Shown here in pieces: positions 1-15,349 of a stretch of DNA of 64,000 nucleotides; the first letter of the stretch is position 1, and each line of letters opens with the position of its first letter. The stretch is from the human T2T-CHM13v2.0 reference genome, Homo sapiens. The stretch lies in assembly GCF_009914755.1 (NCBI RefSeq), contig NC_060937.1, one strand, 5' to 3'. The notes under the pieces are model-generated. The model was not told where the DNA came from and did no database searches. It saw only the letters and a list, made by a program, of their open reading frames with translations. A program made the translations under genes and the position numbers.

Positions 1-112
1 CTTGAACCCAGGAGGCAGAGGTTGCAGTGAGCCGAGACTGCGCCACTGCACTCCAGCCTGGGTGACAGAGCAAGACTCCCTCTGAAAAACAAAATAAATA
101 ATAATAATAATA
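1..112 (+). mobile_element. Alu, 3' end of right arm plus A-rich tail (cut by window edge)
   Basis: cttgaacccaggaggcagaggttgcagtgagccgaga...ctccagcctgggtgacagagcaagact then (AAT)n tail. Confidence 0.97.
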
Positions 113-296
113 TAGTCCCTGAGCCTCTTTATGTATGTCTTACTTTCCTCCACTAAGTTATAATTATTATATATAATCATGCAAAATACACTGTAAATCT
201 AGAGGAATAGAAAGTTTCAATAATATAAGGAAATAATTGAGTTATTTTTTTCATTCTGAAGTTAATTTCTCCTAAAAGTTGTTGAAAATCACATGT

Positions 297-599
<303 letters not shown>

Positions 600-676
600 A
601 TGAAAAGTCACATCTTTTTATTTAATCCTTCACAGAGACAGAAAATCATATCTTTATAGAAATACATTTATGCTAA

Positions 677-1006
<330 letters not shown>

Positions 1007-1477
1007 TGACAGATGAATTCAGTGATGACATTGATTTCAGTTTCCTATAAAATGGCATTTGAATAGCAATACATTGGGAAGAACACCTTTATTCAGAAGG
1101 ATATAAAGGAAATAAAGGATATCATCTCCAACAGTAGTTGACACAAATTATCATGTGGACCTTCAACATTTTTTTAGAAACTATTTGTTTACAAGTATGA
1201 TTCCCTGCTTCAGAGCTAAAGCACTATCTTACTTATTTTTATTTCCCAAGTAATAGCAGAATTATTTCCAAATAGAAGGTGTTCAATAAATGTTTAATAC
1301 ATAACATATAATGTTGGCAAATCATAGCAACAAGTTTTGTTAAAGAGACCTGGAGATCTTGACCAAAAAGAATATTCAATAGTTTTATTCATATTTAATT
1401 AACAACAATAAAAGGAGACACTCTAGTATTAGACAAATTTCATTAGTTGATAATATGAACAAATGTGCAGGTATCAA

Positions 1478-1860
1478 CAGTGTGCTCTGCCCAGAGCCCT
1501 CAGCATACACCATTTCCCTACCGTCTAGGGCTTCCTATTGCAAGCACCTGCAAGTTTGTGCTTGAGGACTTTCAGTGGTCACAAGAGCCTGTCCCACCAT
1601 GTAACCCATGTAAAGGGCTGCCTGGACGTGCCAGGAATTTATGTCCTTGGGAGCAGCTAATATGATATGTAGTTGGTAGATACATACCCAGCACCTTCAC
1701 CCTCATGTATAAACATAGTCTCCCAGAATTCCTTATCAGAATTGAGCCCCAGGTGCTTACTCTGCCATTGGCTGGCTTCTCTTTCTCACATTTCTGCTCC
1801 CCTACTACTCCCAGAGCTCAAATAAGCTAACTGCATATATATCTTTTTCTCAGTCTGACC
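1478..1860 (+). mobile_element. Old ERVL-class solo LTR (LTR16-like)
   Basis: Starts tgtgctctgcccagagccct; 3' aataagctaactgca...tctcag resembles recalled LTR16 end. Confidence 0.55.
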
Positions 1861-3014
1861 TGTTTTATCATACAAAACTATTTTTTCTTTCAGTAAAAAT
1901 CTAAATTATTTATTTATATTTCATTGTTCTTTCATTCAATATGCATCTACTGTCACCCATCATGTACAGTGAATTCTTGTTAACACTAAAATGTTCTTTT
2001 AAATAGGCCATTTTCAAACAGAATTTCTAGCTTTCATAAGAATTTAGGAAATAATTGTTTCAAACAAATTTCAATTGATTAATTAAGCCTGTTTGTTTTT
2101 AGGCCAGAAGGGCAATGAAGCATTGAGCTCAAAATGGCTTTTATCTCCAAATCTCCAGTACTTTGCAAACATAAGCTTATTGTTACCTAATACCTACATT
2201 ATTCATAATATCTAGGATTGATAAGCCACATATTCTCAGTTCTATCTTAGGAAAACAAGAAATACTGGAAGATTTCTGGTGCTTCAGTCAAGAGAGAATT
2301 TTAAATCCCAGTAACAGAATTAAAGCTCTATTAAACTTTACAGAAACTATAGAGACCACAATACATCTTGTTTCACATGCAAAACCCTCACAGGATAACT
2401 CTCAGTAGATGCACTTCTAATTACTTAGCACTCTCTAGCACCAAATAGAATTACAGAGGTATTTATTTCAACATTTAAATAACTAAATGCTTACTTCAAG
2501 ACATATATTTTGTTATTTTCCTTAGAAAAAGAAACTCAGAAGAATCTTAGAATTATTTCCTTCTCTAGCCCAATATAATACTATCACAATTGTGCCTATA
2601 TTGTTTATATGGGGCATCTATTTTCAAAGAGATTTCAAGTACACTATTTCGTAGAAAGCTGTTGTTATTTTCACTTGGGGGAAACCAGTACTCCTAGAGG
2701 CTGAGCAACTGGACAGACAGGACATGCAATCGGGAATAGTCCAAGGTGGCCTTCACCACATTTCAGGGTGATTCCACTTGACCATGCTAACGTGGGTGGA
2801 ATGGATAACACCTCCGACCAGGGGGAAAATGCTCATCCACTGTGAATTCTGTATTATCAGAGAATTCTTGCATTGCCTGAAAAGAATATACAGTTTCAGA
2901 GGAAAAAGAATGTCCCTAGAAACACATTTATATCTTCAATGAAGGGGCAATGCTTATTTCATTTCTTTGTGTTGAATCAAATCAAATTCTTGGATGAAAG
3001 AATTTACAAAATAG

Positions 3015-3206
<192 letters not shown>

Positions 3207-4019
3207 TAAAAGCATAAATCCTGTGCAAATGGTTGGATCTTAGTGGAGCAGTAAAGTCATTGATTTTCTTTGCTGAAGCTAACATCTGGTAAATGTATAG
3301 CTTCTTGTACTGTAGCTTAGCGGCAATAACAAAAATACTGTCATCACATCAATGGTCAGCCAACATCAAGAGTAAACGTTATTATCCAGAAAATAAATCC
3401 CAAAGAAAATGTATTTCTAACTGATTAGCAAAGCTGGCACTTGGGGACCCTACATAAAGAGGCAACTTTGTTTCTTAGCAACAGAAGCAGAAAACAAACT
3501 GAAATATGATGGTCTTGACAAGAACAATAAATGGGGGGAAATCAGTGTAACTTGAAAAAATCAGGAGACAAGTTAATAGGTATTGAGTAAAGTGGCAGAA
3601 TACTTTTACTTTTAAGAGATTTTGAGCACAAATCCTACATATAGAGGAGAATGATATTTGTAGCCAAACAAAAATCTTTAGAAAAAAATTTGTTTTATAT
3701 AAGAAAATGATTCACTACATTTTTTATTATATTGCAATCTATTACAATCTATCAACTAATGTGTTAAGAAATGAGAGTAAAGGAATAAATCATACTTATA
3801 TGCTTTTATAATGTTATACTGGGGATCAAATCATAGAAGAAAACACATTTTACAGATTATCTGGATTTTAATGTATTAAGAGAATTTTCACAAAATGTTA
3901 TAATATATAAAATATTTTAAATTTATTTTCTTAAAACTCATTTAAACTTTCAATGGGATTGGACTTTTGAAAACGCATTATAGACATTTTATTCAATTCA
4001 ATGAACATTATTGATTTGT

Positions 4020-4186
4020 AATTAATTAATTAAATTTATTAGAGACATGGTCTTACCTCCTCACCCAGGCTGGAGTGTAGTGGCTCAATCTTGGCTCACT
4101 GCAGCCTCGAACTCTTAGACTCAAGTGATCCTTCTGCCTCAGCCTCCCAAATCACTGAGATTACAAGCTTGAGCCACTGCACCGAG
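4020..4186 (-). mobile_element. Monomeric Alu (FAM/FRAM-like)
   Basis: Single diverged arm cacccaggctggagtgtagtgg...gagccactgcacc. Confidence 0.85.
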
Positions 4187-4204
4187 ACTCATTGATTAAT
4201 AACA

Positions 4205-4345
4205 GTTTCTATTTATTGAATGCTTACTATGAACTGAGCTCTTACTAATCCATTTACATAATTATTTTACTTCATCTTTACAACAGCAGTAAAAGTAGAA
4301 ATTATTTTCCTCTTTTCACAAAAGAAAGCAAATACCTAGAGAAAT
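4205..4345 (-). mobile_element. MIR fragment
   Basis: tttattgaatgcttactatg...ttacaacagc...attattttcc, reverse MIR 3' half. Confidence 0.65.
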
Positions 4346-4350
4346 CTGCT

Positions 4351-5122
4351 TGTGGTAGGCAGAATCCTAACGGAGCCTCTAAGAATCCTAACCTGTTATG
4401 TGCACACTTTCCACCCCTTAATGATGTACATAATTCCCCTCTCCTTCAGCATGGGTAGAACCTATAAATCTGGATGGTAAACCCCTCTTGTTATTGGTTG
4501 ATTTTGAATTAATCAAAAGGAAGATCGGCTGAGCTTGATCTACTCAGTGAGCCCTTGGATCCTGGGTATGTGGCCCCTATCCACAGGTCCTCTCACACAA
4601 CCAGTCTCTTTACTTTGAAAAATAGACCTGGAGATTTTGACCAAAAAGAATATTCAATAATTTCATACTAATTTAGATAACAGCAACAATAAAAAGTGAT
4701 ACTCCAGTCTTAGACAAAATTTCTTTAGGTATTTATATGAAAAAATGTACAGATCTTGTCAGAGAGATTGGTGGTTTGAGAGGACCTGTTGGTGGGGGTC
4801 ACATACCCAGGACCTGGGAGCCTCCTCTAGAAAACGAGAGCAGTCTGTCTCTGGATGGAAGCCTGCAAAATGGCAGGGACCTCCATCATACAACTGCAAA
4901 AGCATGAATTCTGCCTTGAGCTTCCCAACTGAAACTCAGGGTCCTCTTCCAAGGAACCACCAAAATCAGGAAACATCTTGATTTCCCCCTGGTCAGACCC
5001 TACAAAGACGACTCAGCTAACTGGCATCCAGATAAAAGACATTCAGAAACTGTGAGATAATAAATGAATGTTGTTTTAAGCCACTAAATTTGTGATCATT
5101 TGTTATGCAGCAATAGAGGAAT
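4351..5122 (+). mobile_element. MLT1 (MaLR) solo LTR, internally rearranged
   Basis: 5' tgtggtaggcagaatcctaa; 3' tgttttaagccactaaatttgtg...ttatgcagcaatag. Confidence 0.85.
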
Positions 5123-5629
5123 AATGTGGTGCTTCGAGTCCTACTGGCAGTAAGTGAGATGAAAATCCAGGACAGTCTGATTATGATGGTCTTGCTTTCA
5201 AACATCCTCATATCCATTTCCATATAAATTAGGCTTTTTTTTTGTTTGCTATCTATAGAAGCTGACTTCTGGCAAACTGAAATAAAAGTAAAAAGATTCC
5301 ATTTCTTATGAAATACTGAATATCTCACAGAATGATAAAAGAAAAGCTAGACAGCTAGCCTTAGGAGGGACAAGACAGGGAACAGTTTCCAGAATCCTGG
5401 CTGAAATGACAACAGCCTTTGTAGGCAGCTGCTATTGGAAAATGGCTCTTCTCACTGCTTCAGTCTTGAAACTCCAGACTCCTAGTTGTCCCACCTAAGT
5501 CACAGGCCCACATCTGTAGTCATAGAGGCTGGAAGTGTGATTGATTGAACTTTCAGAATCATAAGAAGTGGAGAGAAAAAGAAATAATGCAGAATTGCTT
5601 TTTGTTTTTACATTGTAAGAGATGGAGGT

Positions 5630-6434
<805 letters not shown>

Positions 6435-7624
6435 ATGGAGGAGGGTACAAAAATTGGTTAAGGCTTCCGGTGCCTCCATATGGGTTTTTCTATATTATAG
6501 CCCTTTACTGTGGACCAAGAAACCAACAAAAAGATTCTGAAAATTGGAGATCTTATCTTTCCATAATTAATGTCACAATGCAACCAAAGTACTACACTGA
6601 AAATTATGGGAACACAGTAAATATCCATGAGCTTAGGACAATTTATACTGATAGAAAAAAAAATAGATTACTTCATTGAATTTTAAAAATAGATGTAAAA
6701 AATATTATAATCATGCTGAAACAATTTATCTGAAATTCCCTTCACCATATACCCATTTTACTAATAATATTAAATGAGTGAACAACCATACATGCAGAAA
6801 CATTATAGTTGATTAATTGGATTTAATTTAAAAATCTATGGGACCTGCCTATGATATGATTGCAGAATTAGGGCAAAAAATTAAAACATGCCATCTTTGA
6901 GGAACAAAATTTGCCTGTAATGAGTGTTATTTTCTCAATGGGAGGAAACCTCTTATTTTAATCAGTGTTGAAAATAAATATTACTTTGATTTGGACTTGT
7001 ATTATTTTATTTGATATTACAAAACTCTTTTCTTTGTGAAAAAGGAGATGGAATATTATTTTGCTTTTAAACTATTCCAAAAAGGCAAAGTAAAACCACA
7101 CAATCTGATGATATGACTCAATCATGTTGAAGACACCTTCCCCAACTCCTCATCCTGGCACCAATTTGTATGATTCTTGTATGATTGTACCATTTAGCAA
7201 AATATTAAATGTTTGTGATTACTTTGTTTTAAAATAAAATTTGTTTGTAAGATAGAACACTTCTCTGATTTCCACGATTTCTCTATCAAAGAATATGATA
7301 TTGGACAAGTAACTAAATATCCCTAGATTTTCATGTCTTCACCTGTAAAATTAAAAATGTACAGTAAGGGAATATTTAAGGACACTTTCAGCTAAATTAG
7401 TATATTTTTAAAGAAACACCAAATCAAAATGATAAACCCAAAAAGATCAAACGTTTTGGTGTCAGAGATCATCAAGAAACATTTTGCATAAAATCACACT
7501 ATCTTTTTTTCTTTACTCCTGAATTTTGTATTTGAAAGTGAATAGGCTTTCATTCAGGTTGGCGAGGTCATTGTTCAAATCCTAACCTTACTATATATTG
7601 CTTATTGACTTTAACCTATAAAAT

Positions 7625-8960
7625 TTATTCATTTGAAAAACATTTTTGAGCACCTTCTCTGTACCAGCCTCTGTTCTAGGCATGGTTCAGGGCCTGTTCT
7701 AAGATAATAAAATTTGGATATAAGGATACAAAGTCACTGTCCTCATGGAGATTACATTCTGGTGGGTGAATACAGAAATTTAAAAGATAAATTAATACAT
7801 AATATTAAGTAGCAATAAGAACTAACAAGAAAATTAAAGTCAAGGAAGAGGATAAATCATGGTTGAAATATTGTTTTAGACAAGGTGGTCAAGAAGAACT
7901 CTCTAAAGAGGTGAGGCAGAGGAAGAACAAGAGCCAATTCCCTGAGGTGGAATCACACTGGTGTGTTCAAGCATTGACAAGAAAATCAGGGTAGTTGAAA
8001 CATACTGAGTGATGGTGACTGATAGTGTGAACAGGATTGTGACAGCATATGTAGGCCAAGTGTATTTGTCATTATGTAACAAATTATCTCACACTTAGTG
8101 GCTTAAAATAACTTACGTTTATTATCTTACAGTTTCCATGGATCATAAATCCAGACACAGCTTAACTGGGTCCTCTGCCCAGGGTCTCATGAGGCTGCAG
8201 TCAAGGTGTTGGCCAGGCTGCATCCTCATCTGGAGGCTCAGCTGGTTAAGAGTTCACTTCCAGATTCATTCAGGTTGTTGAAAGAATTTGTTTTCTTGAA
8301 AGCATATGACTGAATAACCCATTTTCTTGTTAGTTCTCAGCTTCTGGATGTTGCTCTCAGGCACTGGCCATGTGGCCCACTCAATAGCTAATTAACAAAA
8401 TGCCTGTTTCTTTAAGGTAGGCACGGGAAGCTATTTTCAGGAAGTCTTCAGTCTCTCTTCCAATGGATTTCATCTAAATCAAGCATCCCAGGATAATTTC
8501 CTTTTCATTTAACTTAAGATCAACTGATCTGGGATCTTAACTATATTTGCAAAATCCCTTCACATTCACAATATAATGTAACCTACTTAAAAAAGTGACA
8601 GCCAATTTGTATCCTATTCATGGACCCCGCTCACTCTTAAGGGAAGGGAATTATAAAGGATAGGTACACCAGGGTGGGTATCTTGAGAGCCATTTTAGCA
8701 TTTTGCCCACCACACCAAGGTAAAAACCTTAGATTTTGTCTTAGAGTAATGGGAAGTCATTAGAATATTCTATGCAGGAGGGTGACATAATTAAGTATAG
8801 TTTTTAAAAGGATTACACTTGCTGCTCTGTGGGGAATTTACTGTAGGGCTACAAGAATGGAAGCAGTGAAAAAATTAGGAGGCTTATGCAGTAGTGTAGG
8901 AGTGAGATGATGATGATCTGGACTGGTGTGATAGCAATGAGTCTAGTCATATATTTTCTA
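7625..8960 (-). mobile_element. L2 fragment split by an MLT1 LTR
   Basis: L2 3' end atttttgagcaccttctctgtaccag; cctcatggagattacattctggtggg; resumes gagtaatgggaagtcattag. Confidence 0.7.
8061..8714 (-). mobile_element. MLT1 solo LTR
   Basis: gtaacaaattat..cttagtggcttaaaa..tttattatcttacagtttc...cattttagcattttgcccaccaca. Confidence 0.85.
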
Positions 8961-8988
8961 TATATTTTGATATGGCATTTAGATGGTT

Positions 8989-9070
8989 ATAAGATATGTA
9001 TTTAGCATTAGTAATGAATAAGATATGCATTTAGCATATGATGAATAAGATATGCATTTAGCATTAGTAG
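8989..9070. repeat. ~28 bp imperfect tandem repeat, about 3 copies
   Basis: ataagatatg(t/c)atttagcat repeated three times. Confidence 0.85.
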
Positions 9071-10003
9071 ATACTAAACAAAGGTAAGTTACCTTTCATT
9101 CATATTATTATATTTCTTATTTGGAAGAGATACTATTTTCTTTAAATAATCTCATGGCAAAGAACTGGCACCCTGACAGAATTTATAAATTTACAGAGTT
9201 TATTTTTTTAATCAAAATCTAAGTAGTTGAAGATTAAGAAATGAGCAGTGAAAGTTCAGGATATAAAGAAAAATTGATTCATTTTCTTCTCACTCTGAAA
9301 ATTCAGTGTACATTATTATTCTCTTTGCTTTATACTCAACCAAGTAAAAGGAGAGTGGTTTTTGGATGTAAGACTCAACTACATTTAATTGCACCCTTTA
9401 ATTAAATCTGGCTTGTGTCTGAAAGTACTAAGTTATACCAGAGAAAAATGGCTCCTTTCACCAGTAAGATATCCTGTGAGAGAGAAAAAAAATTATGGCT
9501 TCAAATCTCAATCTCTAGAGTACCACTAAAGTAAAAGCATTTGTTGAAACAGCCATATCCACGAGTCTCAGTGGTTCAGCCCAGAACAGTATTTCAGAAT
9601 TTCCATTATGTTTGTATGCAAGAAACCAAGAGAAATGAGCCAGTTCTCTCCCCAGAGGATGGCTGAGGTTTAATAAGTACGTGGTTGTAGGAGCTTTTAG
9701 CTCCTGTGTATACAAGTTTTTAGAAGACACTACTATATTAAGAGTATAATATACACAAGGCCTACATCCTTTTAGAAACAAAGTTGATTAAAATTTTTAA
9801 GATAAGAATTGTAAAGATAATTTCTCACTGGCTTTTCATCAAAGAGATCCCCATATTCAGTAATCAGAAATATTGATTGATGACTTAAGATGCCAGGTAT
9901 GTATGTGGCAACTATGCTATACAAACTAACTTTACAACTGAAGGGAAGGATGAGGTTCTATTGCTAGTGCCCATGAGAATGACACTCCTGCTGACTTCTA
10001 GAA

Positions 10004-10140
10004 CAGAGGTTCTAAAATCTACGTGCATATTAGAATTTTCTGGGTACTTTTTAGAAATTACCAAGGTCTATAGGTTTCACGCCAAGAGATGATGATCTAA
10101 TTAATTTGGAGGTAGATTCTGAGCATAAGTCAATTTTTAA
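10004..10140. mobile_element. MER5-like hAT DNA transposon, left part
   Basis: cagaggttctaaaa..gtgcatattagaattttctgg resembles the MER5 terminus. Confidence 0.6.
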
Positions 10141-10149
10141 AAATAAACA

Positions 10150-10685
10150 TGATAGGCAAAATTTTGGCCCCAAAATGTGTTCCTTTTCTAATCTCCAGAA
10201 TCTGCCAGTGTTATAGGACTTTACAGATGTGGTTCAGGTAACAGACCTTGAGACAGCAAGATTACTGGGCAGAATCCAATCACAGGAGCACTTAAAATCA
10301 AAGACCACTTCCTGGCTAAAGTCAGGGATGGGCCAGAAGAAAGGAAAGATTTGAGTTTGAGCAACTGGACCTATAATTACTGGCTTTGAAGAGGAGAGAA
10401 GGCCCATGAGCCAAGGAATATGGGGCACCTCAAAGACTGGGAATAGCCCTCAGCTGACATCAACCAAATAAATAGGAATATCAGTCCTACAATGGAAAGG
10501 AACTGAATTCTGCTAACAACTGGGAAAAACTAGGAAACAAATTCTACCTTAAAGTCTACAGAGAGGAACATAATTCTGTTGTTATCTTGATTTTAGTCCA
10601 GTGAGCCCCATGCCAGATAATATTAAATTGTGTTGTTTAAGCTCCTAGTTTGTGGTAGTTTGTTTATGGCAGCAATGGACATAAT
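10150..10685 (+). mobile_element. MLT1 (MLT1D/E-like) solo LTR
   Basis: ggactttacagatgtg, tggctttgaagaggagagaaggcccatgagccaaggaat, tcagtcctacaa..ggaactgaattctgc, gtttgtggtagtttgtt. Confidence 0.88.
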
Positions 10686-10729
10686 TATAAATAATTTTGT
10701 ATATATTATACATAAAATAAAAATATAAT

Positions 10730-13700
10730 AAATTTTGTATTTTAAACTAGTTTTAGGTTTACAGAAAAGTTGCAGAGATAGTACAGATTTCCCATAAATC
10801 CCACATCCATCTGCCTTTGCTATTAGCATCTTACATTGGTATGCTATGTGAGTCACAAACAGTAAAACAATATTAATTCATTATTACTAACTAAAATTCA
10901 TACTTTATTCAGGTTTGTTTCATTTTTACCTAATGTTCTTTTTCTGTTCTGGGATCCAATCTAGATTAGACTTGTCTGATGTTTTTCTGGGATTATGTGA
11001 TGTATGTGATTCTGGGGAGGAAGATCACAGCAAAGTGCCATACTCATCACATCATATCCAGGGTACTTGCAACCTGAGGGGTTTATCAGTGCGGATCACC
11101 TGGCATTTGACAGGCTTCTCCTCTCTTTCATCCTCCTTGGAAAGGAGCCATTGTATCTAGCCCACACTTAAGGGGTGGGGAGTTATGCCTCATCTCCTTG
11201 AGGAAGTAATAACTATATAATTTATTTGGAATTAGTCTACACAGGAAATGTATTCTTTTCCATTATTTATTTATTCAATACCTTGTTTACATCAGTGTGG
11301 ACTCATGGATATTTATCTTATACTTTGGGTTATAGTTTAATGCTACTTTATTTTGTTGCTTAAATTGTTCTAGATTTGGCTAGCAGGATCTCTTTCAAAT
11401 GACTCCTGTGTCCTTTTGACATACTTTTATTATCATGTTTTTTGACTACTTTCTTATTTTCTTTTGCTACAAGATGTTCCAGAATTATCTCATGTATTCC
11501 TTACCCCAATCCTAGACTCATCCATTTCCCCAAGAAGCTCTAGTTTCTTTTATTTGAGAATGGTATTTAAAAATCAGTTGTGAGTTGAATATAGTCATGG
11601 CTACTGAGATGGCGTTGCTTCTGAACTTTCTCAGCTGAGAGAACAAGGAAATACATGTGCGTATACTAACCCACAAATAAACACCTATCTATAAATATCT
11701 CTACATGTATCTTCCTGTATGTATACAAAGCTAGACATGACCTCATATTGATGGCTCCAGGTATCATCCATACCACATGGATTATTGTAGCCTTCCCTCT
11801 TACCTGTCTAGAACCTCCCATTACAAAAGTGAAAAACCTGGTTCCCACCAGCCTCCCACCATTTTTACATGTTCCATTGTACTATACATGTATAGTGGTT
11901 TCAGAATTGTCAATCTGGGAAGCAGCTTTACCAAGGAGAGTACAGAACTTATAATTAGTTCCTTTTGTTTTGGTTTTGCAGTCACCATTCATTTCTGGAT
12001 TTACTTGGGTAAGCATCTTTTCCCCCACAGCCATAGCGAAGTTATTTCATACATTTGTATTTAGAGTTTTCTATTTAGCTAATCATGTCATTTGCAAATA
12101 AGCACAGGTTTATTTTTTCCTTTACAATATTTATATATTTCATTTTTTGTTTCATTTTAATATCTAGGACTTAAAGAATGATGATAAATAGGGATGATGA
12201 ATGAGGACATCCTTGCCTTTTTCCTAATATTAGGGGGAATTAATTCAGTCTCACATTAAGTATGATGTTAGCTCTAGGATTTTTAGTTATTCCCTTTACT
12301 AGGTTAAGGATTTCTCTTCTTTTCCTATGATTTTGAGAGTTTTATTATGAATAGGTATTGAACTTTGTTGATTGCTTTTTCTGAATCTATTGATATGATC
12401 ACATGGTTTCTCCCATTCATTCTGTCAATATGATACATGATATTAATTTATTTGTGAAAGTTGGAAGCAATATTGCATTCCTGGAATAAACCATTTGGTT
12501 TTGATGTATTAACCTTTTTGTATATTGCTGGATTCAATCTGCTACTATTTGATTAACGATGGCATCTTCATTTATAAGACATGTTGGTCTGTAGTTTTAT
12601 TTTCTTGCAGTGCCTTATGTTGACATTAAGGTAATGTTAGTTTAATAAAATGAGATAAGAAGTGTTCTTTCTATTTCTACATTATGGAGAAATTGTAGAA
12701 AATCAGTATAATTTCTCTTTGAATGTTTGGTAACATTCACCAATAAAACCACCTGGGCCTGGTTCTTTCTTTTTTGGTAAGTTTTAATTACTGAATCAAT
12801 TTACTTAATAGATATAGGGCTTTTCTGTCTATTTTCATTTTCTTGGGTGAGTTTTGATGGTTTGTGTCTTTTGAAAATTTTGTGTACTTAAGTAGGTTAT
12901 TAAATCTGTTGGACAAGAGTTGTTTGTAGTATTTGCCTATTATCCTTTAAATAGGCATCCTTTAAATATCCTTTAAATGGGATCAGTAGTCATGGCTCCT
13001 CTATCATATTTGATATTGGTGATTTCTTCTGCTTTTCCTTGGTTACCCTGGCTGCAGGTTTATACATTTTGATTGATCTTTTCAGCAAATCAATTTTTGG
13101 TTTTGTTGATTTTTTATATTGTTTCCTGATTTCCAATTTGTTGAATTCTGCTCTAATTTTTACTAATTTGTTTCTTTTGCTTGTTTTAGGTATAATTAGC
13201 CTTTCTTTTTCTACTTTCCTAAGCTGGGACCTTAGGTTATGGGGTTTAAATTTTTATTATTTTCTAACACATGCATTTTATGCTATAAATTCCCTTCTAA
13301 CCATTACTTTATCTACATCCAACAATTTTTGACATTTCATTTTATATTTACATTTAGTTTAAAATATTTTTAATTTACCTTGAGGCTTCTTTAATCCATG
13401 AGTTATTTAAAAGTGTGCTGTTTAATTACCAAATATTTGAGGATTTTACAGCTATTAATATATTTCTGTTGTTGATTTCCCATTTAATTCCATAGTATTT
13501 TAAAAACATTATTTCCATCCTTTAAATCGAATAAGGTTTATTTCATGGCCCAGCATGTGGTCTATGTGAGCTGGAGAAAAATATGTTTTCAATATAGCCC
13601 CATAGTTTTTGGATGTTCTGTTTTGTGGGCCTTTTGTTTTTAATTTTTTTTCTTTTTGCATGTCAGACTGGGAAGATTTCCTCTGACTTATCTTTAAGTT

Positions 13701-15330
13701 CACTGATTCTTTCCTTGACTATGTCAGGCTTACCAGTTTGCCCATTGAAGGCATTCTTCTTTTTTGCTATTAAAAATAAATAAATTCTAGCATTCCAATC
13801 TAATTCTTTCCTATCACTTCCATTTCTCTGCCTACATTACCCATCTGTTCTAACATGTTGTCTACTTTTCTCACTAGTGCCCTTGACATTTTAAATCGTA
13901 GTTATTAGTAATTTCCTGTCTGATAATTCCAGTATCTGTGTCATATCTGAGCCTGGTTCTGATGACTTTGTCTCTTCAGAACTTAATATCCAAATTTATG
14001 CTAATCTGACTAGGAGTTGGGCTGTGTTTGCTGTTTGCTGTAGCTATAGGTATCTGAAGCTCCAAATTCCTTTGGTGTCCTAGTTTTTGTCTTCCTCTTA
14101 GTACAGGGGCTCATTGTCTGCTGCTCCTCAGAGAGAATCTATGTCTTGCAGTTCTTTCAGCTGCAATCCACTGTTATTATACTGGGCTCCTTTTGCTGTT
14201 GTGGTAAAGTTTGCGGAAGAAGAAGCGTTCTATAACATTCCTTTGACTCTCAGTCTTTTAGTGGGCTTCTACTTTGGGGCTATGACGCTTCTGTTCTCTT
14301 ATAGTATAGAATTTCTCCTTTCAACACCCAGTCTCTTCCCTGGCTGCAGAATTTTTATCTATTTCCATGAAGTCCTGAGCCTATTAACTATGTATTATAT
14401 GTATATAATTACTATGTATTTCTTTTTTGATTAGTTGGCTGTGTGGAAGGTATCACTTTTAGGTGATATAGAAAGGCTAGAGGAAGATGAAGTAGGGAAG
14501 AATTCCTCTCCTCAACTGAGATAAAATTTCAGAATTATGCCCTAGCAAAGTCCTTTCCTGTGGAGAATAGACCTTTTTTTTTTTTTTTGAGACGGAGTCT
14601 CGCTCTGTCGCCCAGGCTGGAGTGCAATGGCGCGATCTCGGCTCACTGCAAGCTCCGCCTCCCAGGTTCCACGCCATTCTCCTGCCTCAGCCTCCCGAGT
14701 AGCTGGGACTACAGGCTTCCGCTACCACGCCTGGCTAATTTTTTTTTTTTTTTTAGTGCAGACAGGGTTTCACTGTGTTAGCCAGGATGGTCTCGATCTC
14801 CTGACCTCATGATCCGCCCGCCTCAGCCTCCCAAAGTGCTGGGATTACAGGCATGAGCCACCTCGCCCGGCCAAGAGTAGGCGTTTTTAATGGATAAATC
14901 TTTGGGAGTGTTTCCCGGTGTTACTCTCTCTCCTCTGTCAGAGATACTGAAGTATCTTACTGTGATCTGCACCATGAGAACCTGGTGGGCTTTCTAGAGA
15001 GAAAGCCCATGAAAGTGTGGCACCTCATTCAGACTGCAGCTCCAGAAATGACTTAGTCTTATGCTAGTCCACACTCAGCCTCCAGGAGTCCATCCAAATT
15101 ACCTTTTCCTATCGACTGTTAGCTCCAGCGGCTTTTGGGGAAGGAGATCTGAGTTGCTGCATCTCTCTGGATGTGCCCCTCTCTCCAGGTTTTGGGATGG
15201 TAGTTTGTGCAGCAACCTCAGTTCTCTGATGGATCCAAGGAAAGTCACTGATTTTCAATTTTTACCTCTTTTCCTTGTTGTAAAGATAGCAGTGCTGACT
15301 GTTAAATTCATTGCACGTTACAGCAGAAAG
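10730..15330 (-). mobile_element. Old L1M (L1MC/MD-like), degraded: 3'UTR, ORF2 remnant and 5' region
   Basis: gttttaggtttacagaaaagttgcaga 3' end; ORF2 remnants ggacatccttgcc, aagtatgatgttagct, attgctggattc; no intact ORF. Confidence 0.85.
14575..14872 (-). mobile_element. AluY-like, inside L1
   Basis: gcaagctccgcctcc, acgccattctcc, gtgttagccaggatggtctcgatctcc. Confidence 0.96.
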
Positions 15331-15349
15331 AGGAAATCTACAGCCCATA

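Noticed and set aside
8989-9070. CRISPR-like repeat array
   Set aside because: Units are adjacent with no unique spacers, there are no cas genes and the context is primate DNA.
12942-12979. Triple atcctttaaat repeat
   Set aside because: Ordinary short slippage duplication inside L1.
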